DNA from: Alloascoidea hylecoeti
Lineage: Eukaryota
Assembly: GCA_001600815.1 (NCBI GenBank)
Contig: BCKZ01000001.1
Location: 1,036,613-1,100,612 of the forward strand
Length of the DNA stretch: 64,000 nt
Direction: 5' to 3'
The notes under the pieces were generated by a model, which saw nothing but the letters and a program-made list of their open reading frames with translations, was not told the origin of the DNA and ran no database searches. Below, in pieces: positions 54,689 to 64,000 of the stretch (positions are counted from its first letter, which is position 1; the number at the start of each line of letters is the position of its first letter). The position numbers and the translations under genes are program-made.

Positions 54689-56392
54689 CTATTCCAAGAT
54701 GTTTGTCTTCACATTCAAATCAGTCTTCTTAATTATTGAATGCGATAAGTTTCGAGCGCTTCTAAATGAAGCATATGCATCAAAGCTTTGTTGAGTTTGC
54801 ATTTGTGTACTTTTTTCACCATCAGCCGCAGGATCGTCTCCAAACACCTTAGAGACTTCCTCTAGAGAGTACCCTTTGGTTTCAGGGAAAAGTAGAAATA
54901 CTACAAATCCTTCGACAACAAGCCAGCAGGTGTAAACAATATAATATTTCCAAGAAATGGCACTCATTGCAATAGGATTAACAAATCCTGAGAACACTAT
55001 GGTTAAATACATTAGCATGAAATATATTGATGTTCCCTTGCTTCTTAGACTGAATGGTAATACTTCAGTAATATATAAAAATGGTGCACCACATAAACCA
55101 CAGTTATAACAGAAAAAATTAATAAAAACCATAGCTAGGACACCTCTTCCAAGAGCCTTATTTTTATAATTGTTAATACTATTCTCAGCTGAGAGCACTG
55201 TCCATGTAGTAAAGCATGCCAGCATAGCAAAAATACAGCAAAGAAACATTACTCTTCTTTTCACTCTGCTCACAATTAAGGGAATAAATATGCAAGTTAC
55301 TAGATTGGATATCATTAAGCAACCATAGATTTGAAATTCTTGGGATTTTGAAGTAATTCCAATACTAGTGAGAATTGCTTTAAAGTAATAACTTACAACA
55401 TTAGTTCCTGATAATTGGGTAATAATTGGTAAAGTAATGATAATTGCTAAACGCTTTCTATTTCCTTTGGTTTTTAGAAATGCTGAATAGGAGGAAGAAC
55501 CTTGTATTTTTTCTCTTTCAATCACCATAGAAATGGCAGACATTTCTGTTTCAATCAATGTTCCATATTTTGATTCATCATTATTCCCATGCAATTTCAA
55601 TAAAGTATTTTTAGCCTTCTCCGATTCCCCTTTGGAAATGAGATACCTTGGACTTTCAGGTACCCACCACATAAAACTTAACTGGATTACTATAAGAAAT
55701 ATCTGAATTAAACTTGGAAGTCTCCATGACCATGAATTGTTCCTTAAATATGAACTTCCATAGATTACCCATGCAGCTATTACTGCCCCCGAATACCATT
55801 GTGAATTATAAATTCCCGTCATTGTTTCTCTATGTGTTGGGAAGGAGCATTCACTTATTAAAGGGACAGATGCAACTCCTGAAATGGTAGTACCTGCACC
55901 AACAATTAGTCTTGAGATTAAAAAGGAAGCATAATTATTACAACATGTCTGGATTATAGCTCCAACTATAATTATAACATCACCAATTATGATTGCACTT
56001 TTCCTGCCATAATTATCTGAAATGTAAGGTGCAAATATAAAAGAAAGAAAGTAACCCAAATTAAGGCCATTTGATAAAGCTCCTTGAGTAGCCCCAGAAG
56101 GATGCCCCATATCATTCTCCCATTTGTCAAGTGATTGAAATCCATTTAACATAGCGGCATCATACCCATTTGTAGAAGAAGTTAACATAATAATATATAA
56201 GAGAAAATTAAGTTTACGCAAACCATGATCCTTATACCAACATCTTTCTAATGAGTTTGGGGTATCATAATGATTGCTATCTGTAGCTGTAGAGTTCTCT
56301 ATATCAATGGTCATGGAGTTAAGATTTATAGATTTAGAAATACTGTAATTAGCGATTTTGTTTTGATTATTGCTTTGATTCTCTAATTTCAT
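54689..56392 (-). CDS. MFS sugar porter, Lac12/cellodextrin-transporter-like (start may be 56314)
   Basis: GLRKLN, TNGYDAAMLNGFQ, SDNYGRK, VPESPRYL, QLSGTNVVSYY, EVLPFSLRSKG and FPETKG..LEE. Confidence 0.9.
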   Translation of the reverse strand: MKLENQSNNQNKIANYSISKSINLNSMTIDIENSTATDSNHYDTPNSLERCWYKDHGLRKLNFLLYIIMLTSSTNGYDAAMLNGFQSLDKWENDMGHPSGATQGALSNGLNLGYFLSFIFAPYISDNYGRKSAIIIGDVIIIVGAIIQTCCNNYASFLISRLIVGAGTTISGVASVPLISECSFPTHRETMTGIYNSQWYSGAVIAAWVIYGSSYLRNNSWSWRLPSLIQIFLIVIQLSFMWWVPESPRYLISKGESEKAKNTLLKLHGNNDESKYGTLIETEMSAISMVIEREKIQGSSSYSAFLKTKGNRKRLAIIITLPIITQLSGTNVVSYYFKAILTSIGITSKSQEFQIYGCLMISNLVTCIFIPLIVSRVKRRVMFLCCIFAMLACFTTWTVLSAENSINNYKNKALGRGVLAMVFINFFCYNCGLCGAPFLYITEVLPFSLRSKGTSIYFMLMYLTIVFSGFVNPIAMSAISWKYYIVYTCWLVVEGFVVFLLFPETKGYSLEEVSKVFGDDPAADGEKSTQMQTQQSFDAYASFRSARNLSHSIIKKTDLNVKTNILE

Positions 56393-59300
56393 TCATATAA
56401 TATTTAATGATGTGTCAAGGAGATAGCCTCCGAATTTTAAAACTATAGCTAGAGTCTGATATTGAGTTAAAAAAATCTAACTTTGTTTAATATAATTATT
56501 GGAATATATATGGAGTGAACCCGACCTTAAATAGATTATGTATATGTTCATATAGCAAGTGTTTTATTTATCCATCTTTTAATGGAGTCACAGAAATAAA
56601 CGTTTCATTTTCAATATCTATAGGCCTATATGGTAAATCTCCTTTTGGAGTATTCCCTTTTTTAAAATTGGTATAGGCATAAAGAGAGGGTAATGATTCA
56701 AAATTAGCGCCAGTTACATATGGAATACTATCATTTTTCGGAAAAACTTCCTATTGAAGAGATTTTTCACCTGTGCATCATCAGACTTTTGGATCACAGG
56801 GTGGCTAACTAAATAATATCAAATTAGTGTTGTTTTATCAAAAGTTCATGATATATTGATACATAAAGAATTAAAAGCCTGTAATTAATATTTAGTTAAT
56901 AAATAACGTTATATAATTAATTATAATTGAAAATTTTAAATAAGATTTTTAGATAATAGTCCGTTTAGTTATATGATTAACTAAAAATATAACATTCAAA
57001 CGGTAGTTGAAAAACTCTATTAATTTCATTTATCACATATTTTTCCTTCATACTGCATCTGATGAGCACATTTAAAGTTTACTTTTCCGCTATTAATTTT
57101 TCCGAAGGAGAAAACAGTTTTTGACGTTACAACGTGAGTCATTTGAATCATAACTTTAGAATTGTACGTATCGGTTAAAATCTATAAATACACAGTATTT
57201 AACCATACCTTCTGACACCACATATAATTACAGCTAATATGCCATGACTAAAAAGCAGGGTCTACAATTATGTATAATTCTTTATTGTTTCCTTAATATT
57301 TCGATCTAATTATTCCAATTATGACTATGAAGTTTCCATGAATATTTAAATTTAAAATTTAAAATCTCTTTGTTTTCAACAATTCAACTAGTTTAATAAA
57401 TCCGCTGATGCTATTGAAAATCTCAAAAATCTTATTCTTTAATAGTCTTTGTATAGTCTCATTTGAACGTTTGATGTAATCTTCCATTTTATAAATTGTA
57501 TAGTTTAATTATTTCTATTCTAGAAAACTTCATTTCAATACAGAATCGCTTTCCAACTTTTAAAATCCAGTGCTAATTAAGATCCAACTCCATTCATATG
57601 AATATACGAGATGCAATGGAGCATAATTAATTATTGAGGCATCTATCAAATATTGTCAAGAAAATATGATCGCATCAAAAAATGAGTTATAATTACAAGG
57701 CATAGGGTTCTAGAATTATCTTAAAGAACTAATCTTATGGGCACATATCAGGAATAAATGAGGGACATCCTATAATTAATGATATATAATACGTTTCAGG
57801 ATCATGTTTTTATTAAGTATATCCAAATTCCGTCCGTTTGAAGATTTTGAAGATTATTGACGGTTTAGCTCTGAGAGTGTTTGCACAACTGAATTAAAAT
57901 ATAAAGATGTTACAGACAGTGCCAGACACGATATATGTTTGAGCTCAGGGTTCTGTGGTCAAACCGTACCAATTTCATTATAATTATAAACAGACAATTG
58001 GTTGAGTCAAAATCCCCCTATCAGATATAAGGCAACATAATCACTTCATTAATACATGCTCGTAATATATATATTTCAGTTAACGATTTTTTAATTAACT
58101 TGAAAATGCGATTTTAAGTTTTCACTATATAGTAAATATTATAGGAATCAAAACCTACTGTATCTTCTTAAAAAATTAGGCGGCAGAGGAACAATGCTCA
58201 AGAGATGTAATTAAGAAGACTATGTTGAAACTGGTGGTACCTAAAATAGCAACAGTGTCTTCTAAATCCTTGGGTTAATTGTTATATTTGAAAATTTCCA
58301 TTAGTTAATTTTTTTTTTTTTTAGTCGATAATAAACATATAATGGCATTTTTCATCAATCGTAAGTTTTCTATCTGCTTGTATTCATGGCGCTAATGGCC
58401 AATAACATAGCTTCTAAATAATTCTATTTATAAGAAATTTACGGTAATTTCTTAGACCAAATCTTTCGAGCCTTGAACTTTGCAAATAATTAGTAATAAA
58501 AAGAGATTGAAAGCTATCATTAACCATCACAATTGATTACTAGATGGATTAACATTTTATTACACACTATATAATGGATCTTGCGATAGAAATGTAGTGT
58601 GCATATCACTCAAGGTTGTGTGATATTACGTTTCTATTTAATATGGCTATTTTAGGCCCAGTTTTGCAAGTTTTAGTTTAGTCCGAAGAATCACTAAAAT
58701 ATGTGTAACCAATACAAAGAATACTAAGATATTATTCTCAATTCATAATGGTTCAACCGCCGTGTTAAAAGGAGGTAAATTTACTCTTTCTTATGCCTAT
58801 AACTTATATTAATGATTTAAGACTTAGCTGTAATCTAATTGTAGCGTAGGAAAATAACCGTTATCCTTTTCTTTCCGATTAATTGTTCATTCTTAAGTTT
58901 TACACAGTTTTAGTTTTATATTATGAATTTACTTTTAATAATATACGTATGCATTATAAATTTACCTGACGAGTAGTTATAAAGTATACTGGTTTTATAA
59001 TCGAGATTAAAACTAATATTGCGATTTAGAACTTCAACCTGGCATGGGGTCCTCATTAAACTATCTTACATCCCAACAATTCAGCATATATATGCCAATT
59101 TACTGTTTAAAGACTAGTACTATAATATTGTGTATGCAGCTCATGTGTCGAACTGTTGGATTCTAATGTAGACATTGTAGACTCAATGTACGTTAGCTAA
59201 AGCGATCAGTTGATTAAAGATTGGAAGCATAGTGTTAGAGTATTGATCAAGGAGGAACACATTTCTAGAAACGTAAATATGTGTTTTAAATATTTATTTC

Positions 59301-59450
59301 CAAAAGGAAACACTTATAAAATTTATATTGGAGAAGAAAGTATTATTAACAGAAGAGTAAGAATAATAATGCATTTATATTCACAAAGTATAAGTTATAT
59401 AACTAATACGAGCTACGCGCACAATATCAAGATATTTAGATTTTTTAAAA

Positions 59451-61310
59451 CTAGAAAAAAATGAAACCAGATGCAACAACTAAAGTAATAGCAAGCTGTT
59501 TTATAAACGATATTGGCCTTGTAATCAAACCAGCATTAATTATGCCACTTTTAGTCCCATTTGTCATACCAGTTTCAGTGTAGTTAACTAGAGCATATGT
59601 ATTTTCATAAGCACCTGTCCAGCAGTATTCTGAAAAACACCTTTTACATTGTTCAGTTTGTTCTTCACCTCTTCTTTCTTGTTCTCTTCTAATAATTGCA
59701 CATGCAACACATGCAGGCCACTCATCATCTAATGTTAAATTCAATCGACTCGAAACTTCAAACCCGTTACGAATCACGGCTCTTTTATCATTTTCTTCAT
59801 ATTTTAGTTGAAAGGTGGAGTGATTCGATTCATGAGAAAATGGACGATTAGCAATATAAATAATTAATGGAGGAATAGTAGATAAATTTGTTAAATTTGA
59901 AGAATCACAACCAAAAAAAGCTGGTTTTGAAGTCAAATTTAAATTCACAAAGGTGTTAATATCTGGGACATAAGGAAAAGCAGCTTTATTCGCCTCATTG
60001 CCGAATTGCCTTTCAAATGTATGAACTAATGATGATCCATCAGGCCAGCTGTAATGAGTATCAGCTGAATTATCAAAAGCAAAGATTGCATCTAATTTTC
60101 TTTGTGGTTGAAGTAATGGATATAATGGAACATTTTGACCATCTTCACCACCATCTACTAATGATAAAAACTCAGATGAGGTAATTAAACTTGCATTATT
60201 ATAATCAGCAAAAGGATTTGGTTCATAGACTGCAATATCATCATAATCTTTTCCTAAATCGTTTAAGAAATGATTGGCCAGTTTATACAGTTCACCAGAA
60301 GCTAAAGTTCCATTAAGATGTAAAATGAATTGATTGAATAGTGTTGAAGAAGTACCTAATATGAAACCTGCATTATCGAATCCAGCAACACAAGTGCCAT
60401 TGACAGGTATCCCTTTACGGACATCTGTACCTAAATATTTAACATTGGTAAATGCTTTCAAGGATGGATCCCAACTGCCTAGTTCATAAGGATTAATTTC
60501 AAACACTGTAGAGTTTATATCAATAATTTTTTCACCTGGTTGTCTTCCATCGGTGACCATAATTGGAAAAGGCATGTCATGGCTTACAAAGGAATCCATC
60601 TCTTGGATCGATGACCAAGTATAAGCAGAAGAAGATTCCATTGAAAGATCAAAGAAGTGTTCAGTCAACATCATACCCCACACATCTGTTAAAGAAACAT
60701 TGAAACCAGCATTACGTTTTTCGTCTAATTGATCAGTTATCGTATTCCAAAATTTAGCAGTTTTAGTTATATGTAGACCACCAGGATTATAAAGCTGATG
60801 CTCTAAATCCCATATTCCTGATTTAGGTTCTAAAATATTCTGTACGGAAGTCCAATTATTAAAAACCAATGTTCCGACAAACCAATTACCACCAGATAAA
60901 CCAGTAATGTATGTTGAGGCTTGTACAATACCACCAAGACCAGATTTTGTAGCATTAATAGTTCTATTATCCAGGGCTGCAAACTCACCAGCACCGCATA
61001 ACATAGCTCTTAATCCACCACCAGAAAAAGATATTCCAATATTGATAGAAACGTTTGATAAAAAATTTTGATAATCAAAATCTACGAGATTTGCTCTTGA
61101 AAAATACTCAAGCAATGCTTTATCAGTAATCTCATGTCTTTTTTTCACCCATTCTTGTTCTTGAATACTTATATCATCGGCATCTCTTACCAAGGATTTA
61201 TTTGATGGACAATCTACTAAACCGGGGGCATATGAATTTGTTGGAGACCAAGCAAGAGCAGTAGCAATGTTAAAAAATCCCCATAAAATCAGATATACAT
61301 GTATATTCAT
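59451..61310 (-). CDS. PLB1: Lysophospholipase / phospholipase B, secreted or GPI-anchored
   Basis: Signal peptide from ATG 61310, WSPTNSYAP, SGGGLRAML, catalytic GLSGG, LVDGGEDGQNVP and a hydrophobic C-terminus. Confidence 0.93.
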   Translation of the reverse strand: MNIHVYLILWGFFNIATALAWSPTNSYAPGLVDCPSNKSLVRDADDISIQEQEWVKKRHEITDKALLEYFSRANLVDFDYQNFLSNVSINIGISFSGGGLRAMLCGAGEFAALDNRTINATKSGLGGIVQASTYITGLSGGNWFVGTLVFNNWTSVQNILEPKSGIWDLEHQLYNPGGLHITKTAKFWNTITDQLDEKRNAGFNVSLTDVWGMMLTEHFFDLSMESSSAYTWSSIQEMDSFVSHDMPFPIMVTDGRQPGEKIIDINSTVFEINPYELGSWDPSLKAFTNVKYLGTDVRKGIPVNGTCVAGFDNAGFILGTSSTLFNQFILHLNGTLASGELYKLANHFLNDLGKDYDDIAVYEPNPFADYNNASLITSSEFLSLVDGGEDGQNVPLYPLLQPQRKLDAIFAFDNSADTHYSWPDGSSLVHTFERQFGNEANKAAFPYVPDINTFVNLNLTSKPAFFGCDSSNLTNLSTIPPLIIYIANRPFSHESNHSTFQLKYEENDKRAVIRNGFEVSSRLNLTLDDEWPACVACAIIRREQERRGEEQTEQCKRCFSEYCWTGAYENTYALVNYTETGMTNGTKSGIINAGLITRPISFIKQLAITLVVASGFIFF

Positions 61311-64000
61311 TGCCAATATTATAGCTATATATGTAGGAGGAGACCCAAAATAAATCAAGTTATATTGAGCAATTGAATAAAGAATGAGCAATATAACTTA
61401 TGGGTATAATTAATAAAGGAATTAAAAGTGTTATAAATTATATCTTTAATATAAGATCTGTGTGCATTTTGCCGCAACCGCAATTATGACTAACCTAATA
61501 TAGTAGCATATTATAGTTGCATGCAGCATCCTGCATGATGCATTTACTTACCGCCTTTTGTTTACCGGTAAGGCCTGATACTATGCATCTTACAGTTTTT
61601 GTATGATTACGGAAACTCTCTGAAAAATAGTTGAGTTACTCATAATTAAATCCATATTTGTGATTAGAATAGAATACATTTCATTTGTAGAAGAAAATTC
61701 ACAGCCCAGTTAGTTTATCGTTAACAGCAGAAAATAGTAATTTTGGACAATTCGTGATTTATCACAAATAGGGGAGTATGCAGTTAGTGGCTTCATAGTA
61801 TATAATAACCAGATATAAGAGCGTTGTTCTCGATTTCAGTTTTGATTTCTAGCACCATATGCATTGATGATGGTTTGACAAGTCCTTCTTCTATCGATAT
61901 CTATCGGGTCCTCTTTGAACGCATTATTCTATTCACTTTTTGAGGTATTTTCGTCCCTGAGGGCAATTGTTCCTCAGTTTTCCTCTCTAAAGTATCTGCC
62001 TCAACTCCATTATCATTTGGTGCCTTTAATATATATTGGTAAAGTTCGTATTTCACAAGTATCACACATTTGTTGTTTACTACATACTGGGTAGGAGTGG
62101 CAGTTAACAGTTAATGCAATAAACTATGAGTTTACTTATACTTCATGGAAGCCCAAACTATTTTGTGTTCTCTCAACGACCAGTTGCGACTTTTTAGTTA
62201 AGGTTGTAATAAATGACGACAAAACTAAGGCTGAGCAATTCCATAGACTACCATGCCATTACCGGTAAATTATATTTTCCCTCAGCCTCCCAACAACCAA
62301 TCGAATCCTAAATATTATCGAGCTGAAATGATAAATATTTGCCAATGTGCAATTAAAATTTGGTGCTTTAAGAATTATCTTCTTTATAATAAATATATAC
62401 TAACATCTTATAATGAGACTAGGAACTAATACTCAGCTTATCATAATAAATTCTATAGAATTCTTCCCCCAACTAGGATCTTAAATGCTGATGGATGAGT
62501 TATAATACATTGTGGAACCAACAAATTAACGGTTTTGCCCTATACTTTTTTAACCTTTCATAAATCCTAGGAAATTACACTTAAACTCTCAAATTCTATA
62601 TTCTTTTTTATTGTACTCTTCAATTAAAGTTCTTTTCTTTGATTCACCGCGAAAATAAGATATAAATGTATAAATATATATTAGATATGTTTTGCTTGAA
62701 ACTTATATGATACAATTGAAAAGCATTTTGATATTATTCCCTAATCAATGTCAATTTCAAGAAAAAGAATTTAGAGAGTGGTGGTGAATTTGCAATACAT
62801 ATATAATATTATATTTGTCTTATTTTCATATAGGCCATTCTTTTTTATATATTTTCTTATCTTTATTTATTATCATATAGAAGAACCTAAGGACATTTTT
62901 CTAACATTATAATCGTGGTGCATCCATCAAACAAACCAAATGTTTTTAATTTGTACTACATTTTTGGATTTTTATTTGAGTATATCATCTATGTAGCGTA
63001 TTCCGGTCATATCCTTGAATGTTTTTTGTAAGTTTTCTTTATTTCACTCCACGATTAGTTGCGGCCTTCCTGTCGTAAATTTTGGTGTTCTTTAATCAAA
63101 TTTAAGGAACTATTAAGTTCAGATCCAAATGAATATGCATATCAATACATTTAAGACTATATATCAATTATAATCAGAAAATATCGATCAACGGTCTAAG
63201 AACGTGAACTTGATTTATTTCTCATTAATCTGTTAAAACAATTTAATTTTGGACGTATATTCATATCTCTTCATGAAAAGTAATGAATAGTCTGTATTGA
63301 AATCATAAGTATTCATTAAAAATTATCATTAATATTTTTATCTTGAAAAATCAACATCAAAAATTTTAGATCCACACAAAAATGGCAATTTTACCTAACG
63401 TCCCAGATTCAGTGCCATGGCAATAAAGAGAATAAATATGATCATATCCTTAAAGATATCAAAATACTTAGTTCTTATTTTTTTTCTCAAGAGACCCATT
63501 AAGATCTATATTAGACAATAAAGGAACCGAGGGGGATTAACAGAACGAGCAGTCCAAAACTGTTACATTTCAACCATGAATTACACAACCACTACCTCAT
63601 ATAAATTATTAAAAACAGTATTACTAAAATCTACTTAATTTCGCAATTCAGATAATATATTTTTGCTTTGTAAATGTAGTTGTAATTTGAGTGTTCTTCT
63701 ACGATTTAGCGTATTGAGCTAAGGGACACCAGCACCAATCTTTAAATGTAATCTCAAGCAAGCCATGATTAGCTGAAAAGTGCCATATGGGCAAGTATGA
63801 TACCTCTAAGTTCACAGAATAGTCTAATGTCTCTTTAATGCAAGCGCCCTGGTGAAGAACAAGGATTTATGAGGCTTAAAAATTTGTAGGATCAATCCCA
63901 AAATGCGAAAAAAGTTGTAACTCAAAAGTTCTTCCTCTTTTTACATCCTCCAACTTATTACCAGTGAATGAAATAGCATGTACAAGTGCTATAAAGAAAG

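Noticed and set aside
61830..62100. Minus-strand open stretch with NGVEADTLER, reminiscent of gypsy RNase H 'N..ADALSR'
   Set aside because: A single weak motif with no supporting neighbours.

Overview
AT-rich budding-yeast (Saccharomycotina-like) chromosomal segment. It has short GT-AG introns with CTAAC/CTAAT-type branch points, and CUG appears to be read as Leu. It holds about 25 protein genes: a scramblase, two PNGase A paralogues, TIF3, a UBE2W-like E2, ALR1, GAPDH, MIH1, RPS22, UBP2, an amino-acid permease, a mitochondrial carrier, CHS5, a YGR017W-like protein, a C2H2 zinc finger, an F-box-like protein, ECM33, a small mitochondrial ORF, UBC12, PNC1, VIR1, YPC1, a LAC12/CDT-like transporter and PLB. 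There are also two tRNA genes, and several intergenic gaps carry decayed retrotransposon fragments. Two observations stand out. (1) A ~180-195 bp poly(A)-tailed repeat sits upstream of both tRNA genes in the same head-to-head orientation, one copy with a clean 10-bp target-site duplication; it is a candidate tRNA-targeted SINE/LINE-type retroposon. (2) A convergent pair of secreted PNGase A genes shares a ~930 bp near-identical inverted core around a ~3 kb spacer, which could act as an invertible cassette that swaps C-terminal halves. All assignments come from reading the sequence and recalled family motifs; no searches were run.
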